From positions 1 through 64,000 of IMG/VR virus record IMGVR_UViG_3300042922_000982: DNA of 64,000 nucleotides, one strand, 5' to 3'. A program made the translations under genes and the position numbers. The notes beneath the pieces are model-generated. The model did not search any database. It was not told the DNA's origin and worked only from the letters and a program-made list of their open reading frames with translations. Below, one piece after another: positions 27,087 to 36,313 of this stretch. The stretch is from a virus. Each line of letters begins with the position of its first letter. Positions within the stretch are counted from its first letter, which is position 1.

Positions 27087-28205
27087 CTACCAGCCCGCGA
27101 TCTTGGGGCCGCCCGAGTAGCTGTCGGCGTTCGTCTTCATCCATTCGGTGATGCGCTTGCCGATCTCGATGATGAAGGCGCCATACGTGCTGTTGGTCGA
27201 GCTGTTGGTGGTGCTCACCGACTCGCTCACGCCGTCGATGCTGGTACTGATGCTCGCCAGGCCCGCCGTCACCGAGTCCGAGATGGTGATCAAGATGACC
27301 TGGGTGGCCACCCACGCGATCAGATCGGCCAGGGACGCGTCCACCTTCCAGCCCGCCACGTACGTGGTGCGGATCAGGTGCGGGACGGCTGACCCCGTAT
27401 TCAACGAGCCCAGCAAGGGGATGGCCGAGCCGCCGAATTGGCTCATCAGGGTCGTCGTGGCGTCGGGCAAGAGCTGCACGTCGCCCGAGCCGTGCGAGAT
27501 TCGAATCCACGACGGGGGAATCTCGCGGATGCGGCGATCGCCGAGCCATAGCTCGTAGGCGCGCACCTCGGACACCGGGTGGTGCCGGAGCCGCATCAGG
27601 CCGTAGGCGTTGCGGAAGCGCGTGGGGTCCATGTCGTAGCCGTTCTCTTGCACCACCTCCAGCTCGAAGTCGGTGGTGCCGGGGATGCTCGAAAACACGC
27701 GGCGGCCGATCGTGGTGTCGAGCGCGCGCTCGATGCGCTCGGCGGCCGAGTAGATGGCCGCCTGCATGGGCGCGTCGCCATAAAGCCGGTTGTTCGCGTC
27801 GAGCAGCGGCAGGCCGAAAAGCATCTTCTGGCGCAAGTAGGTCGGGGTGGGCAAGCCGCGCGCGTCGAAGTAGTCGCGCATGGGGTCGAGCTTGGCCGGA
27901 TCGTCGGTGATCTCGAACTGGGTTGTTACCTCGAACGATTCATACTGCGGCTCGTCCTCGTCGGTGAGGATCTCGCCGATGATCGGCAGGGTCAGGGTCC
28001 AGATGGCCTCATGGATGCCGGGCGCGCCTGCCTGCGATCGCTGCAAGCGCGCCCGCACCAGGCCGTCGGTCAGGATCGACGCGCGCTGATCGACGATGTC
28101 GAGGCTCGGCACCGACACGCGCGCCTTCACCGGGATGGCGAGGATGTCCGCGCGCCAGCCGGGAAGGGTGAAATAGCCGCCTTGACCGAGGGCGATGGTG
28201 TCCAT
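27087..28205 (-). CDS. Head-tail adaptor/neck protein
   Basis: LFGLPL, A...IERALD, P..I...YVAG, GLAS.S.SIDGVSES..TTNS...YGA. Confidence 0.75.
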   Translation of the reverse strand: MDTIALGQGGYFTLPGWRADILAIPVKARVSVPSLDIVDQRASILTDGLVRARLQRSQAGAPGIHEAIWTLTLPIIGEILTDEDEPQYESFEVTTQFEITDDPAKLDPMRDYFDARGLPTPTYLRQKMLFGLPLLDANNRLYGDAPMQAAIYSAAERIERALDTTIGRRVFSSIPGTTDFELEVVQENGYDMDPTRFRNAYGLMRLRHHPVSEVRAYELWLGDRRIREIPPSWIRISHGSGDVQLLPDATTTLMSQFGGSAIPLLGSLNTGSAVPHLIRTTYVAGWKVDASLADLIAWVATQVILITISDSVTAGLASISTSIDGVSESVSTTNSSTNSTYGAFIIEIGKRITEWMKTNADSYSGGPKIAGW

Positions 28206-28220
28206 GGGGCTGTGTCCTTC

Positions 28221-28658
28221 TTACTTGGCCTTGTCGGCCTTGGGAGCGGCCTTCTCGGCGGCCTTCTTGGCGGCGGCATCAGCCTTGTCGGCCTCGGCCT
28301 TCTCCTTGTCGGCCTTCTCCTGCGCGGCCTCGGCGTCGGCCTTGGCCTTGTCGGCCTCGGCCTGCTCGGCCTTGGCCTTGGCGTCGGCCTCGTCGGCCTG
28401 CGCCTTGGCCTTGTCGGCGTCGGCCTTCTCCTGGGCGGCCTTGTCGGCGGCGGCCTTGGCCTTGTCGGCGGCCTTGGTGGCGGCCTCGGTGGCCAGGCTG
28501 GTCTCGGTCACGCCGGTAAAGCCGGGAATGGCCGTGATCTTGTCGAAGGCGGCCTGATCCTCGATGTCGGCGACGCCCTGGGCGTCGAAGGTCAGGGGGC
28601 CGTACTTGGTGTTCGCGGTCGTGTTCTTGAGGCCGAGCGCGTTTTTGATCTTGGGCAT
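28221..28658 (-). CDS. Hypothetical virion-associated protein with an Ala/Lys/Asp low-complexity tail
   Basis: 145 aa after the capsid gene; G.LTFD..G N-terminus, KADA/KAKA repeats. Confidence 0.65.
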   Translation of the reverse strand: MPKIKNALGLKNTTANTKYGPLTFDAQGVADIEDQAAFDKITAIPGFTGVTETSLATEAATKAADKAKAAADKAAQEKADADKAKAQADEADAKAKAEQAEADKAKADAEAAQEKADKEKAEADKADAAAKKAAEKAAPKADKAK

Positions 28659-28704
28659 GGACGGAGTCTCCTCATAACGGGGTGATGGCGATGATGGGGC
28701 CTGG

Positions 28705-28735
28705 AAAAAGGGCGGGAGGGAAATCCCTCCCGCCC
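28705..28735 (-). terminator. Rho-independent terminator after the capsid gene
   Basis: gggcgggaggg-attt-ccctcccgccc-ttttt on the minus strand. Confidence 0.85.
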
Positions 28736-28765
28736 CTCAAACCCAGGTGTGCTACCCGTTGGCCG

Positions 28766-30199
28766 CTAGTTGCGGGGGCGGGGCAGGTCGATCTCGTGGG
28801 TGATGCCGCTGTCGCCGACGTTGATCAGCACGAAGTTCTTCAGGGGCTGGTAGACCTGAAGGACGCCGTAGAGCAGGATCGCCCAGCGCATCTTGGTGTC
28901 GATCTGCGCGAGCGGCAGCTTCATCAAGGGAGCGAGCTGCTTCCAGGCCATACCTTCGTCCGGATCCATCTGGAGGGCGAAGGACATGGAGGTGCCGGGG
29001 AGCCACTTGCCGAGATCGGTGTAGGTGACGTTCGCGGTGCCGGTGCGCGCGACCTTCGTGAGGTACAGGGGCGTCTTGCCCGCGTCGCCACGGTAGATCT
29101 TGTAGAACACGGCGCCGACGACGTTGGGGAACACGACGTCCACGCAGTCGCCGGTATCGGCCACCACCGCAGCGGTCGAGGTCACGCCCAACGACTCGCC
29201 ACCCGCGCCGACGGCGGTGATGGTGTAGACGTAGGAGCCAGCCGTCAGGATCGAGGTCTCGCCGACCACGTCGCGGGGGGTGGCGGTGACCGACGCGGGG
29301 GTCGCGGGAGCCTTGGTCGGCGCGGTCGAGGGGGCGGGGCCGCCGCGACGCACGAACTGGTGGCTCTCCAGGTCGAAGTTGCCGTTGTTGCCCTGGTACT
29401 GGTTGACCACCATGCCCAGGTTGGTGCGGTTGACCGAGGTCGGCAGGTCGATCTTCTTGTTGCCGAACAGGGAGAGGCTCAGGTTGGTCTTCTGGCGGTT
29501 CTCCATGTACATGACGTCGATCTTGCCGTAACGCTCGGAGGCGGCGTTGTCGAGGTCTTCGAGCACGACGTCCGAGATGGCCTTGCCGCGAAGGTCGATG
29601 ATGTTCTTCGGGGCCTTCTCCTCGATCTGCTGGAAGATGCCCTTCACCGACTGCGGGTTGACGCGGTCGTCGCCAAAGAACAGCGCGGTCTCGAGGGTGC
29701 GCAGCAGCTGCATGGTGCCGTTGCGGTCCTCGCGGTCGATGATCGGCTGCACACCCGCGATGGTGTTGACCAAGGTCATGGGGTGCGTCACGCTGCGCGT
29801 GGTGCCCATGAACTTGACCTTGCCGAAGTCCTGGCCGTACTTGCTGTCGTCCTCGGGAGGCAGGCCACCTTCCTCGATGAAGCCGAGCTCATCCGAGCCG
29901 TACTCTTCGAGGTAGTCGAATTGCTCGACCACGTTGAAGGCGGGCTTCTTGGCGACGCGCTGCCACAGCTTGAGGGCGTCCTGCTTGAAGGACAGCACCT
30001 GCAAGGTGGTCTCCAGGGACTGGGGGATCAGCACGGAGCCGTCGGCGCCGACCGAGCCGTTGGTGGCGAGAGCCTTGTTCAGGTTCTGCACCATGTCGCG
30101 GCGGGCGAAGCTGGCGCCGCCGTGACCGAAGGCTTGGGCCTCGCCCAGCTCTTCGAAGTGCCCGGCGTAGTCGGCCAGGCCCACGAAATCATTACCCAT
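28766..30199 (-). CDS. Major capsid protein (SPO1/Twort-like)
   Basis: QSLE.TL..L, F.EEGG.P, VKF.G.T..V, LFFGD, IIDLRG, L.PLMKLPLA...YG.L; internal FN3-like insert. Confidence 0.92.
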   Translation of the reverse strand: MGNDFVGLADYAGHFEELGEAQAFGHGGASFARRDMVQNLNKALATNGSVGADGSVLIPQSLETTLQVLSFKQDALKLWQRVAKKPAFNVVEQFDYLEEYGSDELGFIEEGGLPPEDDSKYGQDFGKVKFMGTTRSVTHPMTLVNTIAGVQPIIDREDRNGTMQLLRTLETALFFGDDRVNPQSVKGIFQQIEEKAPKNIIDLRGKAISDVVLEDLDNAASERYGKIDVMYMENRQKTNLSLSLFGNKKIDLPTSVNRTNLGMVVNQYQGNNGNFDLESHQFVRRGGPAPSTAPTKAPATPASVTATPRDVVGETSILTAGSYVYTITAVGAGGESLGVTSTAAVVADTGDCVDVVFPNVVGAVFYKIYRGDAGKTPLYLTKVARTGTANVTYTDLGKWLPGTSMSFALQMDPDEGMAWKQLAPLMKLPLAQIDTKMRWAILLYGVLQVYQPLKNFVLINVGDSGITHEIDLPRPRN

Positions 30200-30262
30200 G
30201 GGTTTTTCTCCTCCTCGTTTGGTTGCGGTCGCGCTCCGCGCCGCTTGGTGGTCTGGCCGTCC

Positions 30263-31057
30263 CTAGAGATCCTTGACCTTGGCGAACACGGCGGCAGGGA
30301 CGCTGCCGGTGCGGTCGAAAGCGGAGATGGTGTCCACGCCGACGAGGCCCTTCTGAGCGCCCTTGACGAGCTTCTCCTGAAGTTCCTGGTGCGTGAGACC
30401 CTCCATCTCGGAAGGCGGCTGCGTGTTGGCCACCGACTTCTTGAGGGTGGGCGTGCTGGCCGCCGCCGACCGGCGCGCCGTCGGGGTGCTGCCCATGCGG
30501 GCAACTTCCGCCGACAAGGTCTCGACCTGGTTGCCGATGCTCTTGAGCAGGTGAATCGTGGAGGTCAGGCCCGTCACGAGCGCCTCGTTCACGTTGTCCT
30601 GCTGTTCGAGGCTCTTGTTGAGGGTTTCCTGCAAGCCGTCGAACGCGGAGGCGGTCGCCTCGGTCAAGCGGCTCAGCACGCTCGACGCATCGATCGACTT
30701 CTGGAGGTCCTCGTCGCCATCGGCATCGAAGTAGTCGCTGAAGGACTTCTCGACATCGTCGTCCTCGTCGTCGCCTTCGGCGTCGGCATCTTCGCCGTCC
30801 TCGGCATCTTCGTCGCCGTCGGCGTCGGACTCTTCGTCCTCGTCATCGCCGCCCTCGGCCTTCTCGAAGTCGGGCTCGAAGCCCTTCTCGAAGTCCTCGG
30901 CGTCGCCGTCCTCGGCATCTTCGTCGCCGTCGAAGCCCTTCGTCAGGTCCTCTTCGCCGTCCTCGACGCCGCCGTCGTTCTCGGCGCCTTCGGCCTCCTC
31001 GTTGAGGGCCTTGTACAGACCCTCGAGGGCCGAGTTGGTGTTGTGCTCACCGCCCAT
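30263..31057 (-). CDS. Acidic capsid scaffold protein
   Basis: Between protease and capsid; D/E-rich with repeated K-S/A/G motifs; ATG 31057 fits RBS spacing better than 31066. Confidence 0.75.
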   Translation of the reverse strand: MGGEHNTNSALEGLYKALNEEAEGAENDGGVEDGEEDLTKGFDGDEDAEDGDAEDFEKGFEPDFEKAEGGDDEDEESDADGDEDAEDGEDADAEGDDEDDDVEKSFSDYFDADGDEDLQKSIDASSVLSRLTEATASAFDGLQETLNKSLEQQDNVNEALVTGLTSTIHLLKSIGNQVETLSAEVARMGSTPTARRSAAASTPTLKKSVANTQPPSEMEGLTHQELQEKLVKGAQKGLVGVDTISAFDRTGSVPAAVFAKVKDL

Positions 31058-31058
31058 T

Positions 31059-31940
31059 TTACGCATCTCCCTTCAGCAGGCGCCCGGTGCTACGGGCGAT
31101 CTCGTGGTGCCTTCCAGCAAGGTCGGACGCCTGTTCCGGCGTTGCCCCGCAACAGTTGAAAAAGTGCGACATGGCGCCCCGGTAGCCATTGACAAACAGG
31201 GTCGCCTCGCCGTTTCTCGACACGCACCCGCAGGCGGCGTCGGTGATGCCGAGCGCCTTGTCGAAGTGCCGGTCGAAAAGTTCCTCCTCGCGGGTCTTGG
31301 GCTTGCGATCCTTGCCGTCGCCTTCGAGCGATTGCGGGATCAGCACGCCACCCGACGTGGTGCTCAGGGTCTTGCTCAGCTCGTCGGCCGCCGCGTCCAG
31401 GCTCTTGGCCATCGAGGCGAAGGTGTCCTGGCAGACCGGGTTCGGCGTGAGGGCCACGTTGATCACGTAGGCGCGCACCACGCGGGTCGGCTCGCCCTTG
31501 GCCCGTTCGAGCACCTTGCCCTCCACGGACCACGCGAGCGTCGCACCGGCCTCAAACAGCTTCCACGAGTCGTCCGCCTTCTCGACCCCATTGTAGAGCA
31601 GGGCGTAGAGGTAGAACTCGTCGGGCGTGACGCGCCAGCGCACCGGCTGCCCGATGATGTCTCGCGGGTTGCGCCCGTGATCCCAGTTGATGCGGCCGTG
31701 GCGCTTGAAGTAGCTCAGATCCAGGCCCGAGGGCTCGACGATCTCGCCTTGCATGTCGCGGCTCGGGGTGGAGGCCGGACCCTCGATGATGCGCTGCGCG
31801 CCCTCGGGGATGCGGTCCGCCTCGTCGTCTTGCGGCTCGAAGCTGTCGAAGTCACCGGCGGGCACGCGTTCCGCCACGCCCACGCTCTTGACCAGAGCAG
31901 GCGTGATCATGCGGAAGTAGTGACCGTCAACTTCGTACAT
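31059..31940 (-). CDS. Prohead protease (HK97/S78-like)
   Basis: IEG.AST...D.QGE.V...G.D, INWDH, WSVEG, NVALT.NP; start reassigned to ATG 31940 (GAGG RBS). Confidence 0.88.
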   Translation of the reverse strand: MYEVDGHYFRMITPALVKSVGVAERVPAGDFDSFEPQDDEADRIPEGAQRIIEGPASTPSRDMQGEIVEPSGLDLSYFKRHGRINWDHGRNPRDIIGQPVRWRVTPDEFYLYALLYNGVEKADDSWKLFEAGATLAWSVEGKVLERAKGEPTRVVRAYVINVALTPNPVCQDTFASMAKSLDAAADELSKTLSTTSGGVLIPQSLEGDGKDRKPKTREEELFDRHFDKALGITDAACGCVSRNGEATLFVNGYRGAMSHFFNCCGATPEQASDLAGRHHEIARSTGRLLKGDA

Positions 31941-31980
31941 CGGCAACCTCGCAGCAGGCGGATAGTCCGCGCTTGATCCG

Positions 31981-32020
31981 AGTGTAGCCAGGCAAGCGGA
32001 CAAAAGGTCGCCATTTGCCA
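31981..32020 (-). promoter_or_regulatory. Late-type promoter TGGCAAA-N27-TACACT heading the virion operon
   Basis: Same motif and spacing as 4274 and 46228. Confidence 0.7.
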
Positions 32021-32140
32021 CCACGTCCCATCTTTTTTTCCAGATCGGACGAACAAATTTCTTCATGCGCCTTTAGCCAACCTTCAGGGTGGCCGCTCCG
32101 CGTGCCGGGCATACTGTGATCGAGATGAAAGGAGGCCGTC

Positions 32141-32278
32141 ATGCCGATCCCCGAGACCATTGCCCCGGATCCCGCCCAGCAGGCGGTTGTAGCCATTCAA
32201 GCGAGTATTTCAGACGCCCAGCGCGTCGTGAACCAAATCCGCACAGGCGCTCAGCCGAGGCCGCCCCGGCCCGCCTGA
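32141..32278 (+). CDS. 45-aa small protein (not in the ORF track)
   Basis: AAAGGAGG RBS; MPIPETIAPDPAQQAVVAIQASISDAQRVVNQIRTGAQPRPPRPA; CATACT -10-like box at 32110. Confidence 0.55.
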   Translation: MPIPETIAPDPAQQAVVAIQASISDAQRVVNQIRTGAQPRPPRPA

Positions 32279-32326
32279 GCCGCAAGACCGCACGCACCCG
32301 AAAAAAACCGTTCCACCGGCGCCCCA

Positions 32327-32379
32327 GGGCCCCCAGGAACGGTTTTTTTTGCGTCTGGATAGCAGACAGTAGGGAGGGG
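32327..32379 (+). promoter_or_regulatory. Repeated GGAAC-N16-GGATAG element, copy 1
   Basis: gggcccccaGGAACggttttttttgcgtctGGATAGcagacagtagggagggg. Confidence 0.8.
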
Positions 32380-32455
32380 CGCGTGCCCCGCCCAGCCTTA
32401 CGCCACCCGTGGCGTGGAGGCCCCCGTCACCCCCACCGTTGAAAGGAGAACCGCC

Positions 32456-32860
32456 ATGGCCCCCAAGAACACCACCCCCACCGGCAAGGTCCGCATCTAT
32501 CGCCGCGTCGAGCAGATCGTCGGCCCTGCTTCCTACATCGACACCCTGATCGCCACCTTCGAGGCGATCGGCGACGCGAGCCGCTACGCGCACCACCTGT
32601 CGCAAACCGACATGGCCGACACGGTGATCAAGCAGGGCAAGAACGCCTCGCTGGTGCCGAGCCAGCGCCGGGGCGCCTGCCCGGAGTGCGTCCGGCACTA
32701 CAACTGGAACGACTACATGGGCTCGCGGCGCACCGCCACGGGCACGGGTGCCGCCCAGGTGCGCTGCGATTGCGGCGCCTTGATCGAGCTGGACCTCGGC
32801 TTCCCGATGGGGGGCCACAAGGCCCGGCTGGTGAGCCACGCCCCCGCCCCCGCCCTCTAG
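32456..32860 (+). CDS. Hypothetical protein with CxxC/CxC
   Basis: Start at the conserved AGGAGAACCGCC-ATG. Confidence 0.7.
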   Translation: MAPKNTTPTGKVRIYRRVEQIVGPASYIDTLIATFEAIGDASRYAHHLSQTDMADTVIKQGKNASLVPSQRRGACPECVRHYNWNDYMGSRRTATGTGAAQVRCDCGALIELDLGFPMGGHKARLVSHAPAPAL

Positions 32861-32935
32861 CCCCGCCCATCCCCCGGCGGCCCCTTGTGGGGCCGCCGGT
32901 TGCCCACTACCATGCCCACACAGGAGGATCACCCC

Positions 32936-33463
32936 ATGAACAATGAACAGACCGCCCAGCCTACCCTCGCCCCCTTCGTGTTCTACATGTCCACCAGCTG
33001 GATCATTGAAGAGATGGGAGGGAGCATCAAGGTCGAGGACGTGACGATCAAGCGTCCCGGCCTGCGCCATCCCACCGACGAGGAAATCGCGGCGGGCTGC
33101 GAGGACGCCATGGTGCCCTGCGACGAGGAGGAGGAATACCAGCGCGTGACGCTCTACAGCGTGCCCGGCGCCCGGCGCATCACCCATATCGCGGTCGGCA
33201 CCGGCCGCGTGCCCACCGAGGAGGGCTGGAGCCTGAGCGGCATCACGGTGCGCGAGGACTCGGACACCGACGGCCTGCCCTTCTGGAGCTACGAGCGCAC
33301 CAGCGACGGCGCCGATTGCGACGGCCGCTTGTCGAGCACATGGGATGGCTACTCGGACGGCACGCCCGACCCCGACGCGCCCGCCTACATGGCCGATCGC
33401 TCCAACCTGATCAAGAAGGGCTCGGGCCAGCGCGACTACGCAGCCGAGGCGGCCGGTTACTAG
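32936..33463 (+). CDS. Hypothetical protein
   Basis: AGGAGG RBS; ends QRDYAAEAAGY. Confidence 0.7.
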   Translation: MNNEQTAQPTLAPFVFYMSTSWIIEEMGGSIKVEDVTIKRPGLRHPTDEEIAAGCEDAMVPCDEEEEYQRVTLYSVPGARRITHIAVGTGRVPTEEGWSLSGITVREDSDTDGLPFWSYERTSDGADCDGRLSSTWDGYSDGTPDPDAPAYMADRSNLIKKGSGQRDYAAEAAGY

Positions 33464-33527
33464 CCCCCTACCCCAACACCCCACCTGCCCCGGCCGCGCG
33501 GCCGGGGCCCTATAAGGAGAACGCCCC

Positions 33528-33776
33528 ATGACCCAGCACGAGCGCGCCACGATCACCATCCCCGACGATCGCCCCTACACCCTCACCAACGACCCCATGG
33601 ACGACCTGATGCTCATCGACGACGAGGGCGTCCGGCACCCGATCGGCACGGAGTACGCCGAGGCCCTCGGCGCCAGCGACGAGGAGATCGCGCTGGCCCG
33701 CAAGGGCTACAAGATGGCCCTGCGCACCTGCGCGCTCGACCTGCTCAGCGAGCTGCTCCACGAAGGCGGGGACTAG
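33528..33776 (+). CDS. Hypothetical acidic protein
   Basis: AAGGAG RBS. Confidence 0.7.
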   Translation: MTQHERATITIPDDRPYTLTNDPMDDLMLIDDEGVRHPIGTEYAEALGASDEEIALARKGYKMALRTCALDLLSELLHEGGD

Positions 33777-33780
33777 CCCC

Positions 33781-34053
33781 ATGGAGATCAGCCTGAACAC
33801 GACGGGCCGCACGCACCAGGAGGTCTGGCTCGACGGCACCTTGATCGGGTCCGTGCTCACATGGAGCGCGGGCCCCGGCAAACCCCCTCAGTACGAGGCG
33901 CGCACGGCCGACAGCACCCCGATCCGGCTGGGGCCCAACGGCCCCGACCAGGTCATGTACTACGCGACGTCCGCCGAGGCGGCGGGCGCCGTCCTGATGG
34001 CCTACGGCCAGGGCTTCGCCCACGTCACCCCCGGCTGGTTCAAGAAAGGATAA
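33781..34053 (+). CDS. Hypothetical protein
   Basis: Tightly packed ORF. Confidence 0.6.
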   Translation: MEISLNTTGRTHQEVWLDGTLIGSVLTWSAGPGKPPQYEARTADSTPIRLGPNGPDQVMYYATSAEAAGAVLMAYGQGFAHVTPGWFKKG

Positions 34054-34058
34054 CAACC

Positions 34059-34322
34059 ATGCCCCACAACCACATGCGCGAGGCCACCGAACTTCGCAAC
34101 GAGATCAAGAGCGCCAAGGAGGCGGCCGACGCCACCATGCCGAACAGCGGGGTATCCGCCAACACCGCCGCGATCGTCGCCGCCCAGGAGGCCGTCACGG
34201 CCAACCAGGCGCTGATGCTCGAGGTGCTGCTCGACATCCGCAGCGTCGCGGTGGCCCAGCTTCAAGAGGCGCGCCGGAACGCGCGGGGCTCGGCGCACCG
34301 GGGCGCCTGCCGGGGCAGTTAG
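34059..34322 (+). CDS. Hypothetical protein
   Basis: AAAGGA RBS; stop codon abuts repeat copy 2. Confidence 0.6.
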   Translation: MPHNHMREATELRNEIKSAKEAADATMPNSGVSANTAAIVAAQEAVTANQALMLEVLLDIRSVAVAQLQEARRNARGSAHRGACRGS

Positions 34323-34375
34323 GGCCCCCAGGAACGGTTTTTTCAGGCCCTGGATAGTAGATAGTAGGGGGAGGG
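34322..34375 (+). promoter_or_regulatory. Repeated GGAAC-N16-GGATAG element, copy 2
   Basis: GGAAC at 34331, GGATAG at 34352. Confidence 0.8.
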
Positions 34376-34438
34376 CGCGTGCCCGCCCCCACCGCCAACC
34401 ACCCCGCAAGGGTGCGCACCGTTAAAAGGAGAACCGCC

Positions 34439-35503
34439 ATGGCTCACAATCTGGAAATCATCAACGGCAAGGCTTCCATGTTCAGCGGCTCGGGCGTCAC
34501 GCCCTGGCACAAGCTGGGCGTGGTGCTCCCGCACAACCTGACGGCCGCCGAGGCGATCGTCGCGGCCAACATGGACTGGGACGTGGAGCTGCGCCCGCTC
34601 TACATCGAGATCCCCGGCAAGAGCGGCCGGATCAAGCACCAGGGCATCGAGATCGCCAAGGCGACGGTGCGCGCCACCGACGACGTGGTGCTCGGCACGG
34701 TCGGCAACGCCTACACCCCGCTCCAGAACCGCGAGGCGTTCGGCTTCATCGACGCGATCCTGAGCCCGAAGGACGCCTGCATCGAGACGGCGGGCGTGCT
34801 CGACGGCGGCCGGTGCATCTGGATCATGGTCAAGCTGCCGAAAGACGTCACCGTGAAAGTCGGCCGCCACAAGGACCTGATCACCAAGTACCTGCTGCTC
34901 ACCAACCGCCACGACGGCTTCGGCTGCGTGACGATCAAGATGACGCCCGTGCGGGTCGTGTGCGCCAACACGCTCTCTCAGGCGCTCAAGGGCGGCGGCA
35001 TCCAGATCCGGCACACCGCCTCGGTGGTGAGCCGCACCCAGAACGCGGTCACCGAGGAGATGGGGCTCACCACCAAGTTCACCGAGAACCTGATGGCGCG
35101 CACCAGCGAGTTCTACGCCAACTTCAGCGAGGCCGCCAACGCCATGGGCGCCACCAAGCTGAACGACGAGCGCACCCGCGAGTTCCTGCTCCGCTGCCTC
35201 AAGCGCCAGGCCACCGAGAAGGACTTGTCCGACGCGGAGGCCGTGCGCGACGCGGGCGGCGAGATCAAGGTGCCCAAGGCGCTCGACAAGTGCCTGGAGC
35301 TGGTCGAGTACGGCATGGGCGCCGACATGGCGAAGGGCACGCTCTGGGGCGCCTACAACGCCCTCACCGAGTACGCCGATCACCACATGGGCTACCGCAA
35401 CGACAACAACCGCCTGCGCAACATCGGCTTCGAGGGCAACGGCAACGCCCTCAAGGTGCGCGCCTTCGCCGAGGCGTGCAAGATGGCCAAGGTCGGCATC
35501 TAA
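34439..35503 (+). CDS. DUF932/DUF945-family phage/plasmid protein
   Basis: PWH.LG, LG.VG..Y.PLQN.EAF, ETAG.L.GG, YLLL.N.HDG, TPVRVVC.NTL, RHT, GTLWGAYNA.TEY.DH. Confidence 0.9.
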   Translation: MAHNLEIINGKASMFSGSGVTPWHKLGVVLPHNLTAAEAIVAANMDWDVELRPLYIEIPGKSGRIKHQGIEIAKATVRATDDVVLGTVGNAYTPLQNREAFGFIDAILSPKDACIETAGVLDGGRCIWIMVKLPKDVTVKVGRHKDLITKYLLLTNRHDGFGCVTIKMTPVRVVCANTLSQALKGGGIQIRHTASVVSRTQNAVTEEMGLTTKFTENLMARTSEFYANFSEAANAMGATKLNDERTREFLLRCLKRQATEKDLSDAEAVRDAGGEIKVPKALDKCLELVEYGMGADMAKGTLWGAYNALTEYADHHMGYRNDNNRLRNIGFEGNGNALKVRAFAEACKMAKVGI

Positions 35504-35552
35504 CCCCACCCCCACCCCCGGCTTCGGCCGGGGGCTTCAGGAGACAAACGCC

Positions 35553-35714
35553 ATGAATATTCGAGTCGAGGTCACCTACTACTGCGGCCACAAGAAAACC
35601 CAAAAGGTCGGTCAATACGAAACCTCCAAGGGCAAAATTCAGCGCGCCAGCGAGATCAACTGCCCTGATTGCGTTCGTGATGTCAAGGCCCGTAAGGGAA
35701 CGGTCCTGAGTTAA
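35553..35714 (+). CDS. 53-aa zinc-ribbon protein (not in the ORF track)
   Basis: AGGAG RBS; MNIRVEVTYYCGHKK...NCPDCVRDVKARKGTVLS; bounded by hairpins on both sides. Confidence 0.65.
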   Translation: MNIRVEVTYYCGHKKTQKVGQYETSKGKIQRASEINCPDCVRDVKARKGTVLS

Positions 35715-35761
35715 CCCATGCCCCCGGCCGCGCGCGGCCGGGGCTTTCAAGGAGATCCGCC

Positions 35762-36313
35762 ATGACCACCCCGACCCCCGCCCCCTTCCGCTTCACTGAG
35801 ATGGACCGCGCCGAGATGGGCTACGCCAACGACCTGCTCTCGGAGCACGGCGTCACCATTCGCCCCGTGCCCGACGAGAACAGCGTGATCGCCTACGACG
35901 CCGACGACGAGGAAATTTACCGCACGCCCGACATGTGCTCCATGGTCGACTTCGTCAACGGCTACGCCGTCTGCGCCGGGCGCATGAGCCCGGCCGCCAC
36001 CCCGCAGGCCAGGCATTGCGAGCGCTGCGGCGGCCCCTACTACGCCAAGGCCCGCTGCCAGCCCTGCTACAAGCACCGCTGGGATCGCGGCGTGGAGCGC
36101 CCGCTGCCCGTCACGGACGGCAAGCCCTGGGAGGTCCTCACGATCAAGCGCGCCGCCGACGGGCGCTACCGCTGGCACGTCCACGGGATCAACCACTACA
36201 CCAAGGAGCCGTTCTACTGGAACGTCGCCGACATCGCCGACCCCCAGTACGGCACCGACAACGTCATCGTCGGCGCCGAGCTGATCGCCGAGGCGAGAAA
36301 GGCCCAGCCGTGA
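35762..36313 (+). CDS. Hypothetical protein with a CxxC...CxxCY finger
   Basis: AAGGAG RBS. Confidence 0.7.
   Translation: MTTPTPAPFRFTEMDRAEMGYANDLLSEHGVTIRPVPDENSVIAYDADDEEIYRTPDMCSMVDFVNGYAVCAGRMSPAATPQARHCERCGGPYYAKARCQPCYKHRWDRGVERPLPVTDGKPWEVLTIKRAADGRYRWHVHGINHYTKEPFYWNVADIADPQYGTDNVIVGAELIAEARKAQP

Noticed and set aside
21-31976. Long plus-strand ORFs over the virion arm (e.g. 7980-10550, 17380-20649, 23356-25635, 28682-31159)
   Set aside because: They are antisense shadows of real minus-strand genes caused by high GC3; Arg/Ala/Gly-biased, with no motifs or RBS.
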